DNA of 64,000 bases from the IMG/VR virus record IMGVR_UViG_3300045996_000592, positions 32,001 through 96,000 of that record; one strand, 5' to 3'. A program made the translations under genes and the position numbers. The stretch comes from a virus. Within the stretch, counting starts at the first letter, position 1, and each line of letters begins with the position of its first letter. Positions 18,501 through 30,100 of the stretch are shown here, piece by piece. A model generated the notes under the pieces. The model saw only the letters and a program-made list of their open reading frames with translations. It did no database searches and was not told where the DNA came from.

Positions 18501-20025
18501 CCTCATCCAATATATGGTAATACTCCGGGCGGTCGTAGTTCTTCGGGTTATTTATAAACGCTGATATAATATTGGTCTCTTCCTGCGCGTAACGAATAAA
18601 CCTGCCATAAGCTGCTAACAGCCCACCCTTTTGTGTACGGAGCTCCGCTATGTCTGAGAGTAGTTCGTGTATCTTACTGATGGTCTCCTTACGTGGTATC
18701 AGGTTAGCCGAGTCTTCTGCCAGTGACTTGAAATAACCCAGACGGTCCTTGAAAATCTTCTCGATGTCATCCAGTGTGACAGAGAGTTTTTCTACCTGTG
18801 ACGCTGGTAACTCCGGCTCATCTGCTGTTACCTGTTCTTCCGAGAAAAACGTGCGGCTCTGGTAGTTATTATCCTTACCCCCGGTTGGTTCTTCAGATAT
18901 CACTTTGTTGATAAATTCTTCGTTAGCGCTGATCTCATGGATAATAACACCTTCTGTACCGAAGTCCTGTACCAGCTGCTCTACTTCTTCCCCCATTTTC
19001 AAGAGGATGTGGTAAGTCTCCGGCTCTTCAACATCAAGGTATCCCTGTAGCTGTATCAGTTTTGTGTAAACACCTACCTGTATACCTTGCTTCTGTACAC
19101 GATTAAGAACGCCACCGATACGGGAACCTTCCTTCACAGGATAAGCTGTGAACGCCTGGTTACTCTTTACCGAGTTCTTGGATGTCTTAAGGTCAATGAC
19201 CTTTATCCTCCCTTCAGGGCTGATCTTCACTATATCCATACTGCCGGCCACCCCTGATTTAGGATCACCAAGGGCTACCTGTGTCAAAAGTACAGAACCA
19301 TCCTTGGTCAGGTCTTCTACCAGCGCGGTAAAAAAGTCGTAGAACTTCTTACGTAAGGGCTCATTAAGAGCGGGGACGTCTGGTATCTCTTCCCCTTTTA
19401 TCACCGCCTGCAGGATACGGTCTATTGCGGTACCTATCTGGCGGGTGTGTTCGTACTGGGGTAATTGCTCCCCCTTACCTTCGATAGCCGTCGTAACCGA
19501 GGTGTATTCATTACCTTCAGAGTCAAAATAGACATGGCTCTCCGGTTCGAGGAATACAGGGTTCTTTGGGTTCAGTACCAGGTCATCTATGATCTGCTGC
19601 TGGACATGATTAGCCTGGCTCTGCTGGTATTTAGTATCTGCCTTCTTCTCTTCAGACAGGATCTCTGATACATTCTTTGGTAGTAGTTCCTTAGAGAGGA
19701 TAATATTCCGGAAGATATTAAACCGGGGTTCCCCGTTCTCATCCAACGTCATTTGTTTACGAAAGTCATTAAAGGAACTGAACTGCTCTTCCCACTCAGG
19801 GGTATAGGCCATAGACCACAGCCCTACAGCTATCTCGGGATCTGTCTTTCCCTTTATCGAACCATCCGACAGACGTTCCTGTAAGTACGGAACCTGTTCT
19901 ATGATGTCATCCAGCTTCTGGTTCTTCAGGAACTCAAGGAAATCACTATAGAGTATAGACGGTTGTTGGTTAGGCGCCAGTACTTTTTCTATCTTATTAT
20001 CTTTACGGTGGAGTTGACAGGTCAC
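15544..20025 (-). CDS. large virion cargo/ejection protein with a PD-(D/E)xK nuclease-like domain
   Basis: 1493 aa; GSMDIV...VIDLKTS...QVGVY nuclease motifs; hydrophobic helix ILLIISLLGIYSLI near the C-terminus; downstream of the vRNAP. Confidence 0.8.
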   Translation of the reverse strand: MTCQLHRKDNKIEKVLAPNQQPSILYSDFLEFLKNQKLDDIIEQVPYLQERLSDGSIKGKTDPEIAVGLWSMAYTPEWEEQFSSFNDFRKQMTLDENGEPRFNIFRNIILSKELLPKNVSEILSEEKKADTKYQQSQANHVQQQIIDDLVLNPKNPVFLEPESHVYFDSEGNEYTSVTTAIEGKGEQLPQYEHTRQIGTAIDRILQAVIKGEEIPDVPALNEPLRKKFYDFFTALVEDLTKDGSVLLTQVALGDPKSGVAGSMDIVKISPEGRIKVIDLKTSKNSVKSNQAFTAYPVKEGSRIGGVLNRVQKQGIQVGVYTKLIQLQGYLDVEEPETYHILLKMGEEVEQLVQDFGTEGVIIHEISANEEFINKVISEEPTGGKDNNYQSRTFFSEEQVTADEPELPASQVEKLSVTLDDIEKIFKDRLGYFKSLAEDSANLIPRKETISKIHELLSDIAELRTQKGGLLAAYGRFIRYAQEETNIISAFINNPKNYDRPEYYHILDEVAKFNDSYLGIAKIRGLVTDDQKKMLEDLLDSLENLNDDITRQSWTYVTKKISDQNPDLTPKEIEDLMEAAQDIEFHEYVASDLAGSRDKLLGIIDTRVKKAMFTSKEAREGVQERIKQLGNRYAKLAGKLNKDSFNFMYELDAKGNPTRLLQKISQDYWKLRDEVYSALRTDDGKLMEYIQITDIHTADPKDLEYNRKLYKIKERVRKFTEAESTNGETYEDGEYHKYTQEYKDARGKVEEFINGRWIKRPDVTEAEHTSFRRKYQEYVEYWEMAKDWTTKEPIGIVTRRTGWFPNRDHIEIREFSAKGKDMRNKRYVDLQGQTSELGKLQKEIYNAYMDIIGGYTNRMGPSAQRWLKKGSLMTLQSNFTQQARNEGLWTVVKRGITNSFTPTTFSSTRVTDEAGNARQVIPKLYMGDLRNQKKVENLQKKIQELAEQKAQGKISQKEYRAERKKLNEQLRLENTKPLNSELETDVFKQMLAFSDMAENFLHLSAVEGEIMALKDAVINRKYYQKTATGKVITKAGSDEPAYIYDPKNKNTKLPNTVKRLNAYLSMVFYNDKTMTHSQMEIIAKRIQNITSLRGVGLNIKGNLNNYTMGRLNNLLEMAANKYFSRKSYFRAEGVFNAELLPGFAKKLGSSKEGPYANRKPGSKAEALIDSFHMITKWQEDQGRVSFMDKVYLGQEIGEYNVQGKVGLAVLMSRQIKNKKTGESVSIYDAYEFNPNTGELKLKDGFELSSDEKFNATNYIKEVNKHIHGNYAWEDRVMLQQYTVGQLLLQFHKHIYPALRARFIGGYDHATLGEYEGRYVTAVKFFSALRDFDGYWSRVTSAWGSMSDIQKKNLMQDLSEILLIISLLGIYSLISNLAKGIPDDEYRIKRLVHFLSFQTDRLRTEVITFNPVLGVKQMYEYVKNPVAISNTLKNFSEAIMSTVEYPFQSEEDAIYQKGAYKDQSKMSKEWRDVLPLIHNYNDWLNLDTETKFHIF

Positions 20026-21176
20026 GCGCAGGTGTTATTTAAAGGGTTATTAGTAGTAAATGTGAAGGTTGGTGAATCTTCTGACTGATAGTAAAGAGTA
20101 CCCGGACGAGCTTCATCAGGTGTGGTCGTACCTTCTTCTGTTAGTGTCTTGATCCTATCAATGACCCTTGCAGCTAACCTATCCGGTTTACTCTTAAAGA
20201 CATCAACCAGAAACTTCATGAGCTTTCCCAGGAACGTCCGGGAAGAAGTAGGTTTCCTGTCTTTAGTGCCGGCGCGTAACTCGTTCTCGGTGAACGTCCC
20301 GAATATGTCCTGCTGGATCATCATTCGGATATACTCATCCACTATAGTCTCAGGGTTGTCGTTATGACTTCTGTAAATACTTTTGATATAACGGATCTCA
20401 TCACGGCTGAGTTCTTTATAGATCTGGTCCATCTCCTCACTGGTAACAAGAGATAAAGCAGCCAGGTGGATAAGCTCTTCACTCAGTATGATCTCAACCC
20501 CCTTGATAAAATCTTCAGCAGACTCAAACCGGTACAAGGACGGCATAAAAATCTGATGGATATTAATAAAGAGGTTCCTCTCGGTTACGTAAACACCCGG
20601 TTTATTATGAGCATTCTCTATTCTAATATAGTTCCTACCAACCATCCCTCTCTGTTCGAGAGCTGCTGCCAGTCTTCCCACGAAGTTATCCCCCTGCTCT
20701 GTAAGCCGGGAAGCAATAAAACATCCGATAGCGAACCGAGACTCAAACTGGTCACGGTCAGGGGAGTTGTAAAGTTCCTCAAGTGTTCTTCCCAGAACTT
20801 CTTCGAGACGGGAACTATCCGGTGAACCGCTAAATCGTTCAGTAATAGCCTGGTTCCTCTCCCGCTCGTCTTCGGGGAGGGCAATTCGTGTATTACCAGA
20901 AGTTCCGGAAAGGAGTAGAAACTTAGAATCTTTTGATAGTTCCGAGAGCACTCCTCCTGCTGTTCTGTTATAAGTTTGTCGAGTTCGTTCATCTACTTCG
21001 AAGTTAATGTTTTTAATCTTACCTGAGTCAGAGAAGTCTGAGGCCAATTTACCTTGGCGATAACGAGAAGGATCAGGTATATCCCCCTTTATCAGGAACT
21101 CCCGGTACGCCTCAGTGAGGCCAATCTTATTTACTAACTCAGACCACCACGGGTTTGACACGTTAGGACACTTCAT
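20022..21176 (-). CDS. virion cargo protein with a degenerate zincin-like motif
   Basis: 384 aa; MKCPN...W.ELV..IG N-terminus; EELIH plus a downstream DEY. Confidence 0.65.
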   Translation of the reverse strand: MKCPNVSNPWWSELVNKIGLTEAYREFLIKGDIPDPSRYRQGKLASDFSDSGKIKNINFEVDERTRQTYNRTAGGVLSELSKDSKFLLLSGTSGNTRIALPEDERERNQAITERFSGSPDSSRLEEVLGRTLEELYNSPDRDQFESRFAIGCFIASRLTEQGDNFVGRLAAALEQRGMVGRNYIRIENAHNKPGVYVTERNLFINIHQIFMPSLYRFESAEDFIKGVEIILSEELIHLAALSLVTSEEMDQIYKELSRDEIRYIKSIYRSHNDNPETIVDEYIRMMIQQDIFGTFTENELRAGTKDRKPTSSRTFLGKLMKFLVDVFKSKPDRLAARVIDRIKTLTEEGTTTPDEARPGTLYYQSEDSPTFTFTTNNPLNNTCA

Positions 21177-21190
21177 TATACGATAGGGGT

Positions 21191-24100
21191 TTATTTAGTT
21201 AGTCCGCAAGCCCTTAACCCGTCCTGTACTTCTTTATCAGACGGGACAGCCGGTTGGTTACCTAAGTTACCTTTTTTATTAAAATATTCCAAGACCTCGG
21301 ATGGTAACATCGGTTTTCCCATGAGATCTGAATGGGCCGGATCTACCTGGATGTTTTTACCATCCCTCATGTAGAACCATCCTATTCCGAAGGTGTAGGT
21401 ACTTACGACATCATAATTATTCTTGAGTTCGGATACCGGGTTTTGCTGAGAACTATATTCAGCTGCCTCCAGTTCATACATTTTGGAGTCACCGAGGAAA
21501 GAAGGGCTATCCAGCTCACCAATGTTATTATCAACCCCACGTTTTATCAATAGCTGGGAAGTTGTAGGAAGTTCACCGAACATCCGGCCAAGACGCCACT
21601 GTTTGTTACTCCCTTCCGGCTCAAACCTTTTGTAGACCGCCCTGACACCACGAGCCATAACCTCACCGAGCTGGATAAAAGAGTGTGGGTCACTCAACCC
21701 CTCGTTCTCCTTACCTTCAAGGGATTCGAGGATATAATACTCATGACGACTAAAGGGTCCACCACCTGCCTTCATTTTGAAGACATAGGGAAACAGTACT
21801 TCTGTCTTACCGCGTTCTATCATCTGGAATTCAGGATTATCCTCAACAACCCTAGCCTCGGTACGGTAGAACCCGAACCCTCTAGCTTCGATCATCTGTT
21901 TATTCCTGACCAGCATATGGTTCTCTTCAGAACTGAACTTTGAAGGACTGTACTTCTTACGGATACCACCGAACAGATCTATTGTTATGGTATTTCCGGT
22001 ACCACCCTCACCTTCGACCTTGAACGACTCGGCAGCTGTATATTCATCTACAACCTTAATACCGGTAGCTGTAAACTTAGGTGTGCCGTTCTTACGGAAC
22101 ATAATGTCAAAACTCGAACCTGAGTTCGTCATATAGTAGGTCATAAACTCATTGAAGAGCTCCGCCTGCCCGATACCAAACACATTTTCATAATCTTCGT
22201 CGGACCTACGGGTCTTCATCAGGTCATTAGCCAACCCTGTAGCACTCAACAGGTCACGGAACATAAAGGTTGGGATGAACTTTATAAAGCTGCCGGAACG
22301 GTACATACCACCGTCTTTTACTAATAAGTAGTGGAACAGGGCTGTAGCTACTTCTCTGCCGGAGAACTTATTACCGTTCTTGTCGGTAAACTTCTCCCTG
22401 GTTTGGTAGAGGTCCGTAAAGCTGTCCTGTAATTTGTTTACCTGATACTCGGATAGTTTGGCCCAGGTGTTCGTATCCAGTTTCGTGATCCCGTCCCTGT
22501 TGATCCTGGACGGGACAATCTCCCCGGTCACCGTGGTTTCACTGGTCGGGATAAGATGTAAGAAGTTATTTACAAGATAGTTACTCTTCTTTCCTGTCAA
22601 CCCGGACCTCACCATGTTCACAATGTCTGCTATATGGTTGTAGCCTGTGTCAGCCGTATCATATATAAGACGGTTATCCAGGCTGTTCAACGCGGAGATC
22701 CGACCTTTATCCTTCAGCATCTGTTGATAGGCCTTGATACCAAGGTAGGAAACAAGGTTATCCCTGAGGGTAGACTCAAAGCGCTCCTTGTTGAATCTGT
22801 CCGGCTCACTCAGGTTAGCCTTCACGATACCCTTGATGCGGTTAAACACGTCGGTCTTCTCAAGGAACATACTCTTCTCGAGTTCTTCCAGCTGGCCTAG
22901 TATCTGTATGTAGGCACTCATGAACAGATGATGAGGCAACTCCGGGTCTCTGCCAGTCAATACCTGCCTGAGGTCAAACGGTACAGGGGCCTTAGAGAAC
23001 TCTTCGTTAGTCATCATTAACCCGAGCTCTGTTATATTATCTTTTATCTTATCAACATCTTCGAATGATGTACCCAGCCCTTTAGTAAGTTTCAGTACCT
23101 GCGCCACCTTATTATAGTAGATCGTCTGTTTAACGACACCTTCGAATGTCTTCAGAGCAGCATACTCAGATAACTCGGAGGGGCTTTTCAGGTTCTCTAT
23201 CAGGAGATCATCCGTAATATTCGGTATATCTTCTTCAGGCACCTCACTAAACCGGGACCTGAGTTCCGTGAACACGGCCTCCGCCTTCACCTTCTTCTCA
23301 TCTGAACGGGTCACCGCTGATTTATTCAGCAGCGTCTTGGCAAAATACTCCTGTACTATGGGTTGGCGTATTAACAACAGCGCGGTTTTTAGGGGAACAC
23401 CCTGGGCGATCATGTTCGCCACATAACCGGTGGCACTGATATTCAACCCCAGCAGGGCGGCCAGGCGTTCCTTGGCGTTATCTGTCATTACTGATACAAG
23501 GTCAGATATCTGTTTGTTGATACGCTCCCCGTCAAACATACCGGTCTCAGGGTTGTAGGAGTGATAATTCGTGTAACCGGCACCTATTACCCGGTCACCC
23601 ATCCGGAACTTGAAGAACGGCACTTCCGCACCCTGATCGTTAATATAAGAGTCACGGATTTCCACCCCATAAGTACTCAGCAGGGAGTAGGTAAGCATGG
23701 CGTTTACAGCCGGACCGATGTTAGTGGCCCCTTCCTTGTTATTCTTGAAGGCATAATACTTACCCAGAAGTGAGTTGACATCCGAGGTAGCCTCTGTAAA
23801 GTACTTCTCGGCCGGCGTACCTTTGAATATCTCCTGGAACTCTTTCAGTATATCCTTGAAGCTGTCGATACCTGCCGTCTGGAATGCGATCGGTTTATTT
23901 CCCGTTACCATGTGACTGTTACCCAACAGGGCTATCTTCTGCTGTAATATCCTGTTATTCAGTACACCGTTATTGAGTTCCTTGTTAAGGGTAGCCTCCC
24001 TGTATTCTTCAGAAGAATCAGGAAGACCCATCTCCCTTAGCGCCTGAGCCTCTAACATCACATTAAGGTCGTGTACTAATTCGTTAGCCTCAGTAACTTC

Positions 24101-27100
24101 TTCTGATAATTCTACCTGTGCCTGCTTAAGATCACGTGCAGACCACTTGAATAAAGAGTCGTACTTACCGTCATCATTGGTTATCCATTTAAGATCTTCC
24201 AGTTGGGTACGTAATTCAGACTTTTTGTCAAGAAGAGACCTGAGATTTTCCTGCGCCTCCTTGTAGTGAGGGTCTGTTTTTTTAAGGATGTTGATAATAT
24301 CAGAGTATCTTCTGTTATTCTTCTTCAGCCATACTTTATACTCGTCGAACTTCTCCTGTGGAGTAACAGCTGACCCGAACGGTTGTAGCTTACCACCCTT
24401 CTTATAGAAGACCTCGGGCCAGTGGATATATAGCTTATCTATATCGAAGTCAGCTCCGGATATCTCAATCAGTTCATGTGGGAATACCGCGGACGAACCG
24501 TAGTACTCAGGTATGAAGTCCACCAGCTTCAGGTTAACGAAGGAGTGTTTATCCTGTGACGGGATACGCACACCAAACATCTTGGTCAGGAACTCCGGTA
24601 TCTTCTCCTCAGGTAAGAGTTTCAATAGGTCTTCATACATCGGCGGCATCATGAACTCGGTATAATATCCTGTGATATTACCCCGCTCGTCATACTCAGT
24701 TACGTTATGTCTCAGGTCATCTATAAAGAAATCCCCCTCCTCAATCGGTTCTTCAAACACCCGGTCGTAAGGATTATTGTACTTCTTGGCAGACTTGTAG
24801 TATTCCGGATTCTTGGACAGGTATTTCTCCTGTTCACTCCTGCGAACGATCCTGCTCCTTAACGGCCGGCCGGAACTATCCCTCTCGGAAGTGAGCGCCT
24901 GGCGTACAACCCTTGTACCGTAATTACTTACCAGCGCCACGGAAGTACCGGGCACCTTCTCACTCATCACCCCTTTCGAGAAATAGGCCAGGAATAACTG
25001 GGTATATTTCTTCAGGGTGATCGGGTTGTTCAGGTTGTATAACGGCTGACCGTCCTTTACCTCAAACAGCTCTATCAGCTGGTTATCTGCACCAGACGCT
25101 TTCAGGGTCTCAACAGCACGTTCCTGGAACGCAGCCAGTTTAGGGGTAACACTACCTGACCGGATAGAAGTACCCAGTTCCGTCATAGCCTGGTCGATAT
25201 CAAAGATGTCGTTCCTGGCCTGGTAGAAGTTGTTACTTACCCTGTTAGATGTATCTGAAAGATACATCTCCCGTATACGCCCCACAGTCCACGGGTTACC
25301 ATCACCATCAGTCTCTACCCCCATGAAGTTAACAAGGGTATCATCTGCCTGCTCAGACATGATGACGTGCTTGGCCTGTGTGGGATCGGTTATCTTTACC
25401 TTGTTAGACGGGTTCTCCAGCTGTAACCTCATATACCGGGCCGGCCTGCTCATAAAGTAACGGGACACATCCCCGTTCTTCAGGTGGGCGGCAGAGTCGG
25501 CAGCGTTCCTCTTTATAGCCTTGGCAGTAGTCAGGTCCCCAACGAACGATATCTGTTCCGGATTCTCTGCTTCCGCCTTATCCATAGCCTCCCTCAGGTC
25601 ATGGAGTTCCTCCATACCCGGGCGGGAGTGCCACCTGCCTTCTTTATCTTTAAATGATGTATACTGCTTGGACAGGAAGAACACCGACATCTTGTCATAA
25701 TCTACCCCGTCATAATACACCAGCTTCTGAGAGTTTAGCATCCTTCCTTCTGCTATTAATCCCGACTTACCGAATATCTCCCGGTCTTGGGGGTTGAGGG
25801 GGGTACCGGCTTCCATCTTGTCAAGCACCTTAGCAAGGGTTGGGGTGAGTTTACCCAAGGCGAACGCAGTATACCGGGCAGCCTTTATAGAACCGTACAT
25901 CTGTCCGTCCGCTATCTTACCGTCTTCTTTACCATACGTAGCCTTGAACTTCTGGCTCTTGATGTGTGCTACCTGGATGCTCACGTTCTTATGGTGGATA
26001 CCCAGTGATGGCGCTGTAAAAATACTTTCGATAGAAGGGCCCGAACCGTTGGCGCCCTTGGCCCTCTTAACAGCGTCCACGGCATCTTTCAGGGAACGGG
26101 ACTCATCCCCCAGTAACAGCTGGTTCATGGCCAGTGTATTCAGGTAGTCGTTCAGGAATATCTGAGCTACATTATGCTCTATATCCCCCTCGATCATATT
26201 CAGACCGTAGTCTTTATCTTCGTTCCCGAAACCCTTCTCGATAAAACCACCTAAAAGGTTATTCTGGTAGGAACCATCTTCGTTCTTCGTTATAATCTTA
26301 CCATCTTGTAGTTCCTGTAAAAACCCGTCAACCTGGCTTCTGAAGTAGGTACGCAGTTGTTTTAATACAGTATTCTTATCTAGCTTATACTCGGGATCGG
26401 CAGCAGATGACTCTATTTCAGCAGCCAGCTCACCGAGGGCAGCCCTCATCTGGTAAAAACGCTCACCGCGACCGGGGACCTTCTGGCCATCCTTCGTCTC
26501 GTAATGATAACCTTCGATATAACCTTCAGGGTATACAGCGGTCTCATTCTGTTCCTTTACCCTGCGGATACGGTCAAACTCCCTTACCACCTCGTTATAC
26601 AAGAGGTTCAGGGTGTCTTCGGTTATTTTCAGCTTACCGTTTACTTTAGATACGGTACGGATAACCGGTAACTTAACAAGATCCCCGGTAGAAGAGGCTT
26701 CCAGTACCCGGATAAGGTGCCGGGCCGTCCAGAATGTTTCATCAGCGATCTTTATCTTTTTGTCAGACTCCAGCCCCTGGTAGAGGTTCATCGTATAGAT
26801 GAGGAACTCCCTGGGGCCGAAACTACCATAAGACACCCCGTCGATCTGGTTGACTTCCAGTAGCTTATTCACTCCGCCATCATCATCTATTTTCTCGACC
26901 TTCAGACCATCCGCCCGCACCACATTAAAACCGCCAGTAGCCTGTACCTTGTGCAGGTTGTCTAGTAAGATATTATTCTTCAGGAACGGGTCCTCTTTCA
27001 GTTTATCTATCTCTGAAGACTCGTTAAAGTCTGTTATCCGGTCAAGGTGGTAGGAGGCGTTCTGGAAATCCCAGACAAGCTCTCCTTCCGCGTTCTTCCA

Positions 27101-30100
27101 CGAGGTACCCTGTACGGTATCGTCGAACAGAGCATTACCGTTGGCCATATTCAGGAACCGGGTATAAGAACCGGAGTCACTTTCCTTCACATAAGGTTTA
27201 CCTACCTGGATAGCTGTAATGATCTCCTGCAGGTCTTCGGTTTTAGCCGGGGTAACTTCGCTGTAGGCCTCGGCTAACTTCTGTTGTGTCACCGTCCTCT
27301 TATCCTCAGGGATCGTAGCAGACACAGAATATCGTATATACTGGACAGACAGTCCTATACCCAGTTCCTGCTTTAACAGGTTGGATATCTCCTGTGCTTC
27401 GTTCGTTAGCTCCAGGTCTGAGACCTCTTTACGGTTCAATAGGGTGATAAGTGCAGATATGGCTTCAGTCTTCTCCAGTAAGAAGTTCTTCCTTTTTTCC
27501 TTTGTCGTAAGGTCGGAGAACGGTATCAGGTACTTGGTCTCAAACGCCTGCGCCCATTGGTCCACCTGCGTCTTACCGCCGTCTTTCCTGTTGGCTGCAA
27601 ATATCCGGGTACGGTTATCTTCCGATGTAGGGTCTATACCCATAAACAGGTACTGGACCCGGTGTTTCTGGAAATCCTTCAACATAGCCTGTACCTGAGA
27701 CGCTACCGTGTCCTGAGTCATTACAGGGGTACCGTCAGCCTCTATAGTCAGGCCGGCGTCAGAGAACAGTTTATTAACGAATTTCCCGGTATCACTGTCT
27801 TCATTCCGTAATATGTTGAGTCTCTGGATAACCTTCTCCTGCGAGGTGATACCGGCCATCTGTTTCAGTAAGCCATTATAAACGCTGTTCACGTTCACTG
27901 ACTGCATGATCGGCTCACCATCATTCTGCCCGGTCTCCTCACTATAGAGCCGGTCGTTACCGAAATCATCCGTATATGGGAACGCGGTAGTGGCTATGTA
28001 CTTACGGGTGACCATAGACAGGGAGCCATAACCGCCTATTGAGTAGGCGTTCTTCTTAAAGTCATCAGCTCCACGGTCACCAAGTTCATCTACTACAGTT
28101 TCATACTCCTCATCCTGCAGGCTCTGGTTATAACCCATGATACGCAGATGTACTTCTACCGCTTCTTTTAACGACTGCCTGTTCTCGGGATCAGTGAATA
28201 CGTTCTGGTAGGATTTTATCTTACCGTAATAATCAGCCAGCTTCCCGAGGTTACCACCAAAGATTGCCTTAGCCTTATCCTTGTACAGGGCCGGGTCGTA
28301 GGTCTTCTTATAAACGTCAAGTAGTTTTTCCAGCTCCTCGTTCGTGTTATACTCGGCCTTCTTACTCACTACCATATGGAAACTACGGGCGAACGCGGCC
28401 GCCAGTTTATCTCCTTCCTCCTGTGTCAGGTAACGCTGAACGGTAACCGTCTGGCCGTCCTCTGTTTTTATCACCTCTTTGTGAGACTTGATAGACTTCA
28501 GTGCCGGTTGGGTGATATGCTCGTGTTCCGGGTTAGTGAACCTGTTAGCGGCCAAGGTAGCGTTCTTATACTTACCACCTTCGATTTCGGAGAACAAACC
28601 TTCGATCTCCCCGCGGGTAAACCGGTCTATAAATTTCTTTATCCACTCCAGCAGACGGGCGAAGAACGACTTGGCGACATGGGAGGTCTCGATAGACTTA
28701 TTCGTCTTCCACTGGTCGAACCTGTCCGCCAGGTATTCCTCCAACGCACGTTCTTCCAGCTCTTTACGGCTCATCCCTTTATACATCGGGTGGAGCCCTT
28801 TGAGTTCTTCTATTCTGCGGTCTAGTCCTTTACCGACTTCCCGGCGGGCTATATCCAGTAACTGGGTTATCTTGTTATCTGGTAACAGCAGGCGGAAGAT
28901 CGCGTGGAACGCCTCGTGGTATTTATAAGGACTGTCTTCTCCTACGAATATCTTACCGCCGGTAACTGCTTTCTTACCGTTCAGGATTTCCAGTGAGCGC
29001 AGGAAATAACCTACAGTCACACTCTTCTCGGCCAGGTTCTTCGTTAGTTCTTTGAGTTCTTCTACGGAAATAAAGTCCGGAAGATTGTCCTTCACCCAGG
29101 AAACGAAACGGTCATAGTTTTCTACAGATAATCCTGTCAGTTCTTCCGGTTGCAGTACTTTTAATACCTCACCCTTGAACCGTGCGGCTACTCTGTCCGC
29201 CTCTTCACGGAACTCGGATACCGCCTGTATGATAGCGTCCTGTTCTTCTATCCCTTTAGCTGTCAGTTCACCTACACGATCATTCATCCACTCTTCCTCA
29301 CGTGCTATAAAACGATCCCAGTCGTTCTCTTCTTCTTCGGCCAGCACCACCCTGGTCCCCTCAGCTACATTTTGGATACGCTCAGGGACTTCCTCAACGA
29401 CCACTGGCTCTTTTTCCTCTTTAATAGGGACATAGTTCTCGACCGTAGGAGTAACTGAGTACACCAGTCCGGCATTCTTAACGATATTTTTACTTACTGA
29501 AGTAGTCAGAAGACTAGCCAGTACATCCGGATCAGTAACGGTAGCCGGGATGTGCTGCAGCATATTATCTGGGGTCAGGGTAAGCTCCAGATTGAATGCA
29601 GGGTTACTCTGCCGTACTTTATCAACAGCCTTCTTTATAGCCTTATTGACCTCTGTGATAAAGTCAATGGAGTCTTTGAACTGTAACCCCGTTTTCCCTG
29701 CGTCCACGTAGATCGCCGGCATCTTCAGGGTTTTATCGGAAGGGTTACTCAGGTGTACCCGCAGGCCACCGTTACTCACCAGCTCCACGTCTATATACCA
29801 TCCCTTGTTCTCAAACGGTACGGACAGGAACAGGGTACTCCCAATTACCTTGTTAACTTCATCCATGAGCGCGGGATCTACTTTCTCCCCATCTTTAAGC
29901 GCTGCCGTTTTCTCAGCCAGTTTAACTGAGTTCTTATTGATCGTGTCCAGCAGGGAATTAACCGCTTCTTCCGGCAACCTATCCGGGTAACACTCCACAT
30001 AAACCACCTTACCCCCGGGGAGCTCAATGGCCATGACATAACGCCCCAGGTTCTTACTCTTGTCATCCAGTTCCGTCAGTTTAGAACGTATAGCCCGGGA

